Shown here one piece after another: positions 35,520 through 48,322 of a DNA stretch of 64,000 bases. Source of the stretch: Squalus acanthias (taxonomy: Eukaryota); assembly GCA_030390025.1 (NCBI GenBank), contig CM059432.1, positions 135,968,001 to 136,032,000 of the forward strand. The letters run 5' to 3'. Numbering within the stretch: position 1 is the first letter of the stretch; the number at the start of each line of letters is the position of its first letter. The position numbers and the translations under genes are program-made. Under the pieces are notes generated by a model. That model was not told where the DNA came from. It searched no databases and saw nothing but the letters and a program-made list of their open reading frames with translations.

Positions 35520-35862
35520 ATAGAATCATAGAATAGGATCATAGAATAGAATCATAGAATATTACAGCATGGAAGGAAGCCATTCGGCCCATCGAGTCTG
35601 TGCCGGCTCTTTCGAAGAGCAATCCAGTTAGTCCCACTCCCCCGCTCTTTTCTCATATTTCTGCAATTTTTTCTCCTTCAAGTATTTATCCAATTCCCTT
35701 TTGAAGGCTACTATTGAATCTGTATCCATCGCCCTATCGGGCAGTGCATTCCAAATCCTAACCACTCGTTGCGTTAAAAAGTTTTTTCTCATGTCGCCTC
35801 TGGTTCTTTTGCCAATCACCTTAAACCTGTGCCCTCTGGTTAGCGACCCTTCAGCCAATGGA
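35520..35862 (-). mobile_element. CR1 3' fragment
   Basis: TRGHRFKV...RVVRIWNALP...FKRELD; ATTCTATG-type tail. Confidence 0.9.
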
Positions 35863-37569
35863 AATGGTATTTAAAAAAAAGTGTGTAAAAATCAAATAGC
35901 AATGGTCTCTTAGGGTTCCCAGACTCTGGTGCACCCTGTTAAAAAGATCCCAAGGTTTCTCCTTTATTGTCTCAGCTATGTTCAATCGGTAACCCTCGCT
36001 CCTGCCTCGGAAGATTGTGGATTCAAGCCCCATTCCAGCACTTGCTCCCACTCCAATGTCAGTCTTCAGATGATAGGTTGCACTTGGCGACCACACTCTG
36101 CCTTTACATTCATTCATTAATCCTTTCAAGGTTAAACCCGCTAGTTTATCGCAATCCCAGTGTTTGGTGCAGTGACTGCTTTGATTTAACCTGTTGATAA
36201 GGTTGTGCCAATAAGCTTGATGCCATTATACATTCCTTATATGAACATGACCAGGGCAATAATATGCTACTCTTTAGATGGTAACTACTATTTGCTGACA
36301 TATCTATGTTTGGGTTATTGGCCACTTTTTGGTGATCTACCCGGTGACTCATTCCCTTCCTAGATCGCCCTACTGCCTGCCCATTCACAAGCTCCTCTGA
36401 AGAGTTTCGTTAAGGCCACACTCTTGAAGCAAGTGTAGGACCAACTAGTGTCGATCCTCCTTGGGAAGGACCGCAAGTGGGGTCCATTTTGGCTCATGCG
36501 CCTGCCAATGGGAAACATGGGCAAGAGTACATCGTCTGTGGCAGACTTGAAAATCCAGTACCTAAGCCAGTCAGGGTTGCAGTGCTCCAGGGCTCTGTTG
36601 ATGATTGCCCAGCCTACCCTGGCTCAATGACGGCCCCTGGAGGAGGTAGGCCCAATGATGGAAGCCAGGACTAGGTACATCCAATATAATGGGCGTGAGG
36701 TGTTTATCCATTGCTGAGGCAGGCTAACAAATTGCTTATCTTTTACAGTCTTTGGGGCATCAAAAGTTAGCTCATTAGCAATTTAACAAACTTAAAAAAA
36801 AAACAATGTTTAAATGTAACTCTTTTTTTTCTCAAAAATTCTTTCAATGAAAAAATGTTCAAAGCATCCTGAAACATGTCACAGAAGATGAATTAATAAG
36901 ACAAGCGAGATTGTGGCTCATTGAGTATAGGCACCACCAGCAGTGATGCTGATCCACTCATTGTAGATCAATCAGTAGCCTGTGTCGAGTCAGATGGTTT
37001 CCTTTGTTGCAGAAGATGGGGGAATCACAATTTGTCTCAGAGCCCCTGGACTAGGGGGTCACAAAAATATCCTGGAGTTTCCTCCTCTATCACGTCTAGT
37101 GATTCTTACTGGGTAGGGACACTGGGTGGGAAAGGATTGGGCTGGGCTGTGTTATTGCCTGCAAACACTCACTGTCAGGTCTTGCGCATAAAGAATGGAC
37201 ACTGGGGGGAGATTCTGGATGGTGTCTGGTGCTCTCCAGCAAGGAGTCAACTCCTTCGGGAAAGGAGAAGGAGGCAGGGACAAAATTGGTGAAAAAGGGA
37301 CGGAAATATATATATTTTTAAAAAGAAGCAATCATTTGGGTGTCAACTGCTTGCAATTAAGAGCTTGAACTTTTCTGAACAGTGCAAGCACTGAGCAAAT
37401 TGGACTGAAGAAAGCCTTGGTACTGAAAAAATAGCCATGGAATGAAAGAAATCACCGTTGACTGCAATTCTATCAGTCCATTTTGTGAGTACGTGGAATC
37501 CTTTATTATACAGACAGAAGCTTCAGTTTGTATAAGGCAAAGGCAATGAGATCCTACCTACAGCTTACA

Positions 37570-38032
37570 GTGTCAGTAGTGGCTCAGCTGGTAGCACTCT
37601 TACCTCTGAGTCAGATGATCGTGGGTTCAAGTTCCACTCCAGAGACTTGAGCACATAATCTAGGCTGACACACCAGTGCAGTACTGAGGGAGTGCTGCAC
37701 TGTCGGAGGTGCCGTCTTTCGGATGAGACGTTAAACGAGACCCCGTCTGACCTCTCAGGTGGACGTAAAAGATCCCATGGCACTATTTCGAAGAAGAGCA
37801 GGTGAGTTCTTCCCCGTGTCCTGACCAAATTTCTCCCTCAGCCAACATCACTAAAACAGATTATCTGGTCATTAACACACTGCTGTTTGTGGGACCTTGC
37901 TGTGCGCAAATTGGCTGCCGCATTTCCGACATCACAACAGTGACTACACTTCAAAAGCACTTCATTGGCTGTAAAGCACTTTGGGACGTCCTGAGATCAT
38001 GAAAGGCGCTATATAAATGCAAGTCTTTCTTT
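37570..38032 (+). mobile_element. DeuSINE, full length
   Basis: Head, Deu core and TTTC tail. Confidence 0.9.
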
Positions 38033-38694
38033 CTTTTACTGCTGGATGCTGTCAGATGTTTTTGGAATAAATAGCTTGAAGTTTATAAAAAGGGACCTCC
38101 CAGCTATTTAATGGCGAGGTTCCCAGATTCTAATGGTCATAAATTTAATTCACCTTGCTGGGTAATTAATGTAACTGCGGAATTTTGTCCTAGTAGGTAG
38201 AACCGAATGACAATGGTCGAGATCAATGTTATATAATGACAATGGTCGAGATCTATGTCATATATGGCAGCAATGAAAATGTTTAATTCACCAATCACTT
38301 ATTTATTTTAGTTCAAATGCCACAGCAGAAACATGAAACAATCTGACCTACCAGGGCTTTGCTTACATTTGAATACAATTAACATTTTAATAGTGAGGAA
38401 AGTGGATTTTTTTAAGGGGGTAATCCACAGTTGCCATCTTTTGCCAAGTCCAAAGCTGGACATTCAGGAATATGGCTTAAGCATGGGGCTAACTTAAAGT
38501 TATTTTGGCTACTTTTTTTCTCTTCAAATCTCTTGCCTCTGTATTATCCTTTCTAACTTACACTTTCTTTAACTTACATTACAAACTCTAATCTTCTGCA
38601 ACGATATAAAGTTCATACATTAGGGTGATTCCATGACTGACCGCTCCCAGAGAGCAAAGCCGACAGCCCACCATTTCCCGACACTCACTCCTCT

Positions 38695-39226
38695 CACTAA
38701 TGCTCTCCTGGCTGGCCACCCACATTCTACCCTCCGTAAACTTGAGCTCATCCAACACTCTGCTGCCCACATCCTAACTTGCACCAAGTCCTGTTCACCC
38801 ATCACCCCTGACCTACATTGGCTCGCATGCCTCAAATTTAAAATTCTCATCCTTGTTTTCAAATCCCTCCATGGCCTCACCTCTTCCTATCTTTGTAACC
38901 TCCTCCAACCCTGCAACCCTCCGAGATCTCTGTGCTCCTCCAATTCTAGCCTCTTGCACATCCCCGATTTTAATTGCTCCTCCATTGGCAGCCGTGCCTT
39001 CAGCTGTCTAGGCCCTAAGCTCTGGAATTGCCTCCCTAAACCTCTCCACCTCTCTCTACTCCTTTAAGATGCTCCTTAAAACCTACCCCTTTGAACAAAA
39101 AGGTCACCTATTCTAATATCTCCTTGTGTGGCTCGGTGTCAAATTTTGTCTGATAATGCTCCTGTGAAGCGCCTTGGAACGTTTTACTGTGTTAAAGGCA
39201 CTATATAAATGCAAGTTGTCGTTATT
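38695..39226 (+). mobile_element. L2-type LINE 3' fragment
   Basis: NALLAG...LELIQHSAA...LHWL...FKILILVFKSLHGL...RAFS..GPKLWN (L2 ORF2 end); tail shared with the DeuSINE. Confidence 0.9.
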
Positions 39227-39555
39227 GTAGGCCCGATCATGGAATTAGCCTTATTGTGCCTTAAGTAAGGAGTTAGCATTAAGTAAAGACTGAAGCTGTT
39301 GACTCTGTTTCTCTCTCTACGGATGCTGCCTGGCCTGCTGAGAGTTCCCAGCATTTTCTGTTTTTCTTTCTTTCTTTCATTTCTTTCTTATCTACAGTGC
39401 TATCCAGTAACTTACCACCAAAAAACCCCTTCTTGGGCGAGAGAGTGCTATCACTGAGCCAAGGCTGACACCTAAGTGGCCGGATCTGTCAGCCACAGCA
39501 GCAGTGTATGTAACTGAATCAGTTGCACGGTTATCTCATGAACTATTCCAGGTTA

Positions 39556-39757
39556 AAAGTGAGAAGTCGCACAACACCAGGTTATAGTCCAACAGCTTTA
39601 TTTGAAATCACAAGCTTTCGGAGCACTGCTCCTTCGTCAGGTGAAGAGCAGCGCTCCGAAAGCTTGTGATTTCAAAGAAAGCTGTTGGACTATAACCTGG
39701 TGTTGTGCGACTTCTCACTTTTGTCCACCCCAGTCCAACACCGGCATCTCCGCATCA
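39556..39757. mobile_element. Palindromic (5'-inverted) Penelope terminal-repeat insertion
   Basis: Same structure as 2225-2428; 12-bp TSD TATTCCAGGTTA at 39544-39555 and 39758-39769. Confidence 0.88.
39608..39645 (-). ncRNA. Intact minimal hammerhead ribozyme (minus strand)
   Basis: UUCAC-CUGACGA-AGGAGC(AGU)GCUCC-GAAA-GCUU-GUGA. Confidence 0.78.
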
Positions 39758-39994
39758 TATTCCAGGTTAGGTGTTAGTGCAGGCAATACACAGTCACAAA
39801 CGGGAAGCGCTGTGATCAACGCAGTGACATCGCTCACACATCGCACAAAGTACAGTAACAAATTGGTTGTGCTGTTTTTGAACTTTGTCCAGAGATTCTG
39901 TTTCTGGTTCTGTAGAATACGACAGCAGCATAGCAAAAGATAGGCACTCGTGTTAGCTGGGGAAGGGCAGAGGGCAGAAGAGGGTCCTCGATTC

Positions 39995-40930
39995 CAGATT
40001 GACTTCCTCCTCCTCCATGGTTAGTCCGCTTTATATAGCAAAGTTATAACAGATAAAGCAGATAATGCTGGTTTTGGAGACCTTGGGGGGAAGCGCACTG
40101 TGAGGTCTTCCTGGACCTGTCAAAGACACCTGAAGCATTGCTTCAAGATGCCAGTGGAATGCTCAGTAACGATCCTGGTGGTTGCATGGGACTCATTTTA
40201 TCTGAGTCCAGGTTCTGTCTGTGACTGATGGAAGGGTGTCATTAGCCGGGGCTAAAGAGCCTTGGTCTATGAGGTGTTGACCGTCACCTTCAAGCCAGGC
40301 TCAGATGCTTGTCAAATAGTGTAAATCCTAGTGGATGCTGCCTAGGAAATAAGCATTGACTTACATAGTTTGGTCACTGACTAGCTGCACACTGATAGAC
40401 TAGATTAACTCACTTCTTCATTCATATAGGCCATTGCAATGTGCTTAGGGACACCGCTGGCTACATGGAACCAATCTAATCCTGTACTTTCAACAAGGTA
40501 GCATTCCGGTGGAATTGGGTAGCCTGGTGACGCTTGCTGTTGCAGGTCTGGAAGGACAGGAGAGGACGGTATTGCATCTCCCGAGTAAAGAACCAGTTGC
40601 CTGTTTGATGTATCCCTGATGCCTTTCCTGCTCGTCTGGAAGAAGCTGAAGATTGAAGAGTTGAGGTTCGTGGTCGCTGGCAGTAACATCCTTATGTTTG
40701 CCGTTGTCTGCAGGTATTCTTGAAGCATATGGCATAGCTCTGTAACTGCCTGCCTGATAAACCTGGGTCTCTGGAGGCAGGTGGTCCTCAATCATTGCCA
40801 GATAGTTGTACCTGGACAATATAGATACATGGAATGTCATAGCAATGAGCCCAGACATCTCTGGCAGTCTATCTCTGCTCCACTTCCTCCACCAAAAACA
40901 GGTGTAGAGGAGCAATGAAAACAATCCCCA
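39995..40930 (-). pseudogene. Decayed PIF/Harbinger (HARBI1-type) DDE transposase
   Basis: Across frames, in order: YNYLAM..CLQRPRFIRQAVTELCHMLQ; LDWFHVA (IDCTHV-like); SISVQLVSD; VNAYFLGSIH* (PGSxHD-like); DQG; LMTPF...NESHATTRIVTEHSTGILKQCFRCL. Many stops and frameshifts. Confidence 0.85.
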
Positions 40931-41517
40931 TTACTGTGAACTTTCTCTCTGCATCAATTGTAAAACTGCCGAAGTTGACTTCTCGTCCCTGATATGTGAA
41001 ACCTGCTTCAGTTCTAATGCCTGTTTTATATGGGCAAGATTAGCACATTGAGTGTGCAATGTGTGAAGATTATAATGTTGTGGGCTCCCCTTTAACAAGC
41101 AATAATTCCCAAATTAACAAGCAGAATGAGACTAATGCACAGTCTAGGTGCTAAAGTGTACTGCAAGCTCAAAACCACTCCAGAAATTTCATGATGGACT
41201 AACAGTGGGTATGAATTGTCTGAAATGATGGAACCATCAAGTTTGCTGTCCTCTGTCTCTTAATTGCTATTTATAGGCTATATTTGGAAAATGTTTTAGG
41301 TGTAACCACATCATCCTTCCATACCACTTCCAACCTGCATAAGGAACAGGCCCAAAGATTGCAAGGCTGCTAGACCATAGGCTGTGGTAGGGGTGCTGCA
41401 GTTGGCCTCAGCATCTCTGGACTAGGAAGAGTAAAAATGAGGTAACGTACCCTTCTGTACTGTGACCATCAAGTGAGGACAGGATTTAACTCAGTTGTGA
41501 TGGTTCTTGTGGCACGA

Positions 41518-41716
41518 TTCAAAGAAGAACAGGGGAGTCTTGGCCAATATTTATCCCTCAACCAACACCACTAAAACAGATGACCTGGTCATTTATCTCA
41601 TTGCTGTTTGTAGGAGCTTGCTGTGTGCAAATTGGCTGCTGCATTACAACAGTGACGACACTTCAAAAGTACTTCATTGGCTTTACATCGCTTTGGGGTG
41701 GTCGTGAAAGGTGCTT
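41518..41716 (+). mobile_element. DeuSINE 3' half
   Basis: GGCCAATATTTATCCCTCAACC...GTCGTGAAAGG. Confidence 0.8.
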
Positions 41717-41768
41717 CTTTAAGAGCACAGGTCCAGCAATAATCAACATCCCCATAAACAAGTATTAT

Positions 41769-42092
41769 GGGGTAATTTTCTTGCTCTGTGCTCCTGGTAC
41801 AGTGTCCTTGCTCACCAAAAGCACATATCAGCAAACTAGGCACACGCTTTCTGAGAGTTATGCCTTCTTGACAGGTGAGACTCCTCGCTGAGAGCTCATT
41901 ACCTCCATATTGCCATCCTGAACTCAGTCCCTACCTATGTTATTATATGTCAATTATTGGATAGATTTTACAAATTTGTGCTCCTGCTGTGGCGTTGTGT
42001 CTGCTGGAAATATGTATCAGCAATTCAGGTGCAGAGATCAGGACCGCTGAGATTTTCCATCCCTAATGGTATGAATTCATAAAATATACCCC
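41769..42092. mobile_element. Old Harbinger-like MITE
   Basis: GGGGTAATTTT / AAAATATACCCC termini; flanks TAT/TAA. Confidence 0.5.
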
Positions 42093-42101
42093 TAAAAGAA
42101 A

Positions 42102-42417
42102 ATAGAAAGACTTGCATTTCTATAGCCAGTTAAGTACTTTTTACTGTCACGGTTGTGATTTTAGGAAATGCGGCAGCCAATTTGCGCACAAAGATCCCAC
42201 AAACAAAAATGTGATAGTGACCAGATAATCTGATTTTAGGTGAGGTTGAGTGATAAATATTGGCCGGGACACCGGGGAAGCACTCCCCTGCTCTTCTTCG
42301 AAATAGTGCCATAGGAACTTTTACGTCCGCCTGGGAGGACAGCACCTCTGACATTGCTGCACTCCCTCAGTACTGAACTGGAATGGCCACCTCTATTTTG
42401 TGCTCAAGTCTCTGGAG
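42102..42417 (-). mobile_element. DeuSINE, internally deleted
   Basis: Reverse-complement match to the consensus. Confidence 0.8.
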
Positions 42418-42492
42418 TCCTTATATGCACATGCCAAAATATGACATCAGGAATACTTATAACTGGCACTCACACTCACAGTTCTATATGCA

Positions 42493-42535
<43 letters not shown>

Positions 42536-42638
42536 TTATATTCACACACACACATAAAACATTCACACACACAAATAAATACACACATACCCATATATAT
42601 AGGCAAACACATACTATATATATATATATATACATATA
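42493..42638. repeat. Compound (TG)n/(TA)n/(CA)n microsatellite
   Basis: Directly visible. Confidence 0.95.
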
Positions 42639-43829
42639 AATTTGTTCAAATTCTCATTGGAATCAGCATTAAAAGAATTTACCTTTTACCTTTTCATTTG
42701 GCAGACATCACCGTATTTGCTTGTGCAATTTGCACAATAAGAACACCAGAGAACTTATAATATTCTCAGCTGACGTGTCTCCTGAACTCGTGACTCCGTC
42801 TGCAGACCACACCGCTGGAAGTCCTGTAATGTACTTTATGGGAGCCATTAAAAGTCCGACACACAGAAGGACGTGTTCAATAACAGCGGGCTGCAGCTCT
42901 AATTCCCTTTGACTCCCATCATGTTGCTGAAATAATACATTTGGTGATCTGTCATAGTTATAAGAACGCTAAAGCCATGGAATGCAGCCTTTGCTTTTAA
43001 TGTATCAGGGGTGTTGTAAGGCAGCCAGCGGGGGAACTGCTGCTGGGAGCAATTCACAACTCGAAGGGGCGGTCAATATAAAACTAAGAGCAGGAGTGTC
43101 CTCTCTGTGAAAATGCACAAGGAAGAAGAACGTTTTTTTTTAAAAAAAGGTGCTTTTTAAAAAAGAAAGACATAAAGATATAAAACACCAGTGGTTTAAC
43201 TATTTTTGGTAGCGCACTTTTAATATGTTTGCACAAGGTTACTTTATGCACTACCTTAACACAGCCATTAACCCAAAAGAGCAAGCAAAGGAATTTTGCT
43301 TCAACACCATAAGCAGTGGGCGTTAAACACCCAGGACTGTTTCTTCAGATTTGTTGTGTCTCTGTTGTAAGATGATGAGGAATAAGATGGGAGAAAGGGA
43401 GAATGAACTGAGAGATGCTTATGGGGGGTTTACAGGTGCAGTTAAACTGCTGTATCTCTGCATTTTTCCATTCTGTCACACCTTACTTCCTATTCCATGC
43501 ACCGATCTCTTACACAGGTCATTCTCCAATAATGTCTCACTAACCTGACACATTTTAATGCCATTGTTCCTTCCACGGCAGAACACACATACGTTAGCAG
43601 CTGGATTGTTCACTTTAATCATTGGATATCTTCAGACTACATTTCACAAATACACACGCAGCCAGGAAATACATTTTAATCATTTGTTTATTTGTAATGC
43701 ATTGTGGATATAACACAGATACCCACATTGGTGGTTTATTTGTGCAGAGTGAGTCATTCGCAGTACTTACACACTGTTAATAAGGCAACGGAGAAAGATA
43801 GAATATAAAACAATACAAAAAGTAGTTTT

Positions 43830-43927
43830 TGGGGGAGTGGGACTAACTGGATTGCTCTTCGAAAGAGCCGGCGCAGACTCGATGGGCTGAATGGTCTCCT
43901 TCGGTGCTGTACTATTCTATGATTCTA
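43830..43927 (+). mobile_element. CR1 3'UTR fragment
   Basis: GGGGAGTGGGACTAAC...ATTCTATGATTCTA. Confidence 0.8.
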
Positions 43928-45803
43928 GGTGACAAAAAGCAAAAAGGCGAGAGATACCGCGAGTGACGGACGGAGGGAATGAGAAAGGGCAAAAAAGGGT
44001 GGGGAAAAAGAGGCAATAAGAAAGGGTAAAAGGAATGAAAGAATATGAAAAAGGGGGAAAAAGTGAGAGTGAGGGAGAGCAAATGAGCTGGAGAGAGAGG
44101 TGCCTGTCCGGCTTTATTTTGTGTAAGTGACATCACTGGCACTCACTTTGCATACTTTTAATCAGCTTGGCTTTAGAGTGTTAAAGGAAGTTTGCTCATA
44201 AAGCTTTGATGGCTTGGCCATCTGGATGGGAAGCCTATAAAAGAGGCCCTGAAAAGGTTACAAAGGTCAGGAGCTGTTTGCCCCCGTGGCCAGAGACAGT
44301 CCAATCCTCACCCCCCACCCCCACCCCGAACCAAACTTCTGACTGACCAGGAACTAGCATTCACTTAGCCACAAAAATGCGCAGCGATATGATTGAGAGC
44401 TTTTATTTTATTTTCCTATCTTCCATCAAAGCTTGTAAAGTATTCAGCTTACACTCAGAAAACGTTGCTGCCCATATTCCCGGTCTAATAGCTTCCATCC
44501 TTTCTCATTACCTAGCTCATTAATAAGTGACCTGAAGGCATTAAACTTGTTGTATAATGGATACTCGCTGTTTAGAGGCTATAAAAGTAAACAGACCTGT
44601 TTAACAAAAAAAAGTACAAAAATCCTCTAAGTACTAAGGTCCATTTCAGTCTGCAAAGGGAGAAAGGGAGTGGTGGTATAAAGGAAAGGAGTTTGGGCTC
44701 CTCAATCCTGTTTGTATCGCCTGCTAAGAGATTAGTGCTCAGCATCAGGTTTATGAGTTGCAGGCTTCATTAGTCTTAAAATGGTAACAAAGGAAGATGC
44801 GTTCTAAAAAGTGTCATCCTTCATCTGAGAGGGCAATGTCTGACACATTAGGAATCTATATGCTCAATTAACTACTGGCAGGCTCATTTTTTCTGTCTCT
44901 CTCTCTGAAGCTTTCAGCATCCAACCATTGATGTCCCTGACTGCATGTAAACACTCAATTACAAACAGACTAGTGGGTATTTGATTTTCAGTAAAAGGTT
45001 TGACTGCTGCTAGCTTTACACTCCATCACCTTGTTGAATATAATAATGAAACAGTGAGAAAGTGCCTGGGAAAAAACGCCGCCTGTTATTTAGGGAGATG
45101 CTGGGATTTATAAACACAGCACACACATACGTACACACACACACACACACAACTATTGTTTTCCTTCTTTTTCCTCTCGGACTAAAAGCAAAATAAAAAG
45201 CACAAAACGGAAGCAACAACAACAAAAAAAAGAAGCCTCCTGATATTGGCGGAATTTCTGTTGGCACTCGCCAGGGCCGTGATACATCGACACATTAAGA
45301 TATGGGTCAGGCTGGCAGCTTGTGGCTGCCTTGTGGCTACACAGGACTGTAGGGAGGCAACACAGTACAGGTGTAAGCAGAGGAAGTGGTTAGCTACAAG
45401 ATGGTTTTTTTTGTGTGCGCGTGTTAATTGTCAGGAAGCAGCCTGCTAAATAAAAAGCTTTCCCAAGGACTGTCTGCAGTGGGTACTGACAAACGAAAGA
45501 AAAAAAAGACATTACTGACCCCAATGTTTAATCAAAATTACTGTAATAGGCATGTTATAAAGCTAATTATAGCAATTATAAAGACAAGAGCCATATGACT
45601 GCTCCTTGTGTCTGCTCCAGCCCCTAAAAAGTGAGGAACAATTAACACCAGATTAGCTTCTTGTCCTGACTCGCCAAGTGGGAATGATCAGTGACCTTCT
45701 CATTTTATCCTCATTAGTGTCCTATGTCAACTGAGAGGTTGGTCTTTAATCATCACCCATCATCTAATGCTTCCAGGAAGGGAAACAACGATTTGTTACC
45801 AGA

Positions 45804-45816
45804 AGGTCAGAGGTCA
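45804..45816 (+). promoter_or_regulatory. Perfect nuclear-receptor DR1 element
   Basis: AGGTCA-G-AGGTCA in repeat-free sequence. Confidence 0.45.
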
Positions 45817-46454
45817 AATATTAGTTTTGCTTTTGCCTTAAGTGTAGTGTGGAAAGATGGTGGTGTGGGGGGTGGGGGGTCAGCTACAGGTCACATTAAC
45901 AGGGAAGCTTGTTGTGATGTGAAATAATTGTAAGTTCTTAAGCCGCAAATGACACCAGGAGAAGGTTTCTCGCCTCCTGTGTTTAATTATGTCCTTGTTG
46001 CCTTTTTTTTCCACCTCAGAGTTTGTGTCAATAGCTGGCTTGTTCTTCTGGAAGAGTGGCAGGGCTCGAGACACCCAGTGCCAGTGTAAATGAGCTCCAT
46101 TCATTTCCCGCCACTGGCATATGGCATGCCATTGTCCTCTGCCACTGAGGCAGAAGTGATGCAATTTGTTGGCAATGTTCTGTCACCGCACAAAACTATC
46201 TGCCCCACTGAGGTCCAGCAAACAGCAACAGCAGCTTCAACACGACCGCAAAAAAAAAACGTAGCCAGAAACTGCACAGCTCCCTTTCCTCTTCAAATCA
46301 CACACCAGCAAAGTAGGAGAGCAAAGTTGACAAACGTTACTTTCTTCAAGATAAAAGTGGCTTCTCGATGGACCTTAAAAAAATAAAAACACAATTTTGC
46401 CGCTTACTTATAATTTTTGCAGTGAAACTCACTTTACAATATGATACTTTAATT

Positions 46455-46770
46455 GAAAGAAAGGAAGACTTGCATTTATATAGCGCCTTTCACGACCTCA
46501 GGACGTCCCAAAGCGCTTTACAGCCACTGAAGTACTTTTTTGAAGTGTAGTCACTGTTGTAATATAGGAAACGCGGCAGCCAATTTGCGCACAGCAAGCT
46601 CCCACAAACAGCAATGTGATAATGACCAGACAATCTGTTTTTTTAGTGATGTTGCTTGAGGGATAAATATTGACCAGGACACCGAGGAGAACTCCCCTGC
46701 TCTTCTTCGAAATAGTGCTATGGGATCTTTTACGTCCACCTGAGAGAGCTGACGGAGCCTCGGTTCAACT
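46455..46770 (-). mobile_element. DeuSINE, 5'-truncated
   Basis: Close match to the consensus core and tail. Confidence 0.88.
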
Positions 46771-47371
46771 TCTCTATATTATTTCGCTGCGCCTTTATTG
46801 TCCCGGTTTTTCTTGCCTCAGAGTGCGGACTCATGCTGGGATATAGTTTTCATCAGTGTTGACAGCCCCCCCTGATGCCCTGTTCAAATGAGTAACGGCA
46901 GGCTATTCAACCGAGAGGTGTTGCGGCTGTTGGCGGAAGGGCACCACATCTGAGCTTAATCCTGTTCCTCACCTGATGTCCACACATCTGTCATTCTCAG
47001 CAGAGGACATTAGATCGCAACCATGCATGGGAACGTCAGCAAGTTGTTTTCTCTTCCCTAGCCCAGCTATGCTGGGACCAAACTTACTGCCCCAACTATG
47101 TTGGTTTGGTCAAGAAAACAAATTTGGGACCTTCTTGCCTGCATGGTCCAGTCGCACACAAGGTATGGTGCATTCAACCGCTGAGGTATTGAGGCTACTC
47201 ACCTATCTGTTTTTTAATTGGCCTGCAACATTTGCTCAGTAAAGCAAGCAGTCATATAACCAACACCTCACAGCTGTCCTGATTTGGGGTACTTATGCAT
47301 TAAAAGCAATGCTGCACAACAAATTAAACGAAATAAAATAAAATGAGATAAAATAAATAAAACAAAATAAA

Positions 47372-47821
47372 TTTAGGAAGGATGTCAAGGCCTTGCAGAG
47401 GTGCAGAAGAGATTTAAACAGAAAGAAAGACTCGCATTTATATAGCGCCTTTCACAACCTCTCAGCGTCCCAAACACTTTACACTCAATGAAGTACTTTT
47501 CAAGTGTAGCCACTGTTTTAATGTAGGAAACACAGCAGCCAATTTGCGCACTGCAAGCTCCCACAAACAGCAATTGTTGTTGATTGAGGGATAAATATTG
47601 GCCAGGACAGCAGGGATAACTCCCCCTGCTCTTCTTTGAAATAGTGCCATTGATAGTGATCTTTTATGTCCACGTCACGTGACAGAGCAGGCGGGGCCTC
47701 AGTTTAGCATCTCATCCGAAAGACAGCACACCTGCTGACAGTTCAGCACTTGCTCAGCATTGCACTGGAGTGTCAGTCTAGACTTGCTGGAGTGGGACTT
47801 GAACCCTAAAACCTTCTAACA

Positions 47822-47853
<32 letters not shown>

Positions 47854-48322
47854 GCTGACACCGAGAGTGATGCCAGGGATGAGGGACTTCAGTTACATGG
47901 AGAGACTGGAGAAGCTGGGGTTGTTCTCCTTAGAGCAGAGAAGGTTAAGAGGAGATTTGATAGAGGTGTTCAAAATCATGAATAGTTTTGATAGAGTAAA
48001 TAAGGAGAAACTGTTTCCAGTGGTAGAAGGGTTAATAACCAGAGAACACAGATTTAAGGTCATTGGCAAAGGAACCAGAGATGACACGAGGAGACTTTTT
48101 TTACGCAGTGAGTTGTTGTGATCTGCCTGAAAGGGTGGTGAAAGCAGATGCAATATTAACTTACAAAAGAGAAATGGGTAAATACTTGTAGAGAAAAAAA
48201 TTACAGGGCTATGGGGAAAGAGCAGGGGAGTGGGAATAATTGGAGAGCTCTACCAAAGAGCCGGCACAGGCACGATGGGCCGAATGGCCTCCTTCTGTGC
48301 TGTGTCATTCTATGACTCTATG
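47372..48322 (+). mobile_element. CR1 3' fragment interrupted by a minus-strand DeuSINE (47420-47861)
   Basis: RKDVKAL..VQKRF before the SINE; MPGMRDFSYMERLEKLGLFSLEQRRLRGDL after it; ATTCTATGA tail. Confidence 0.88.

Noticed and set aside
38206..38256. AATGACAATGGTCGAGATC repeated twice, as a possible array
   Set aside because: A simple two-unit tandem duplication; no repeat-spacer array exists in the window.
42354..42760. Y/I/H/T-rich ORFs
   Set aside because: Translations of dinucleotide microsatellites.
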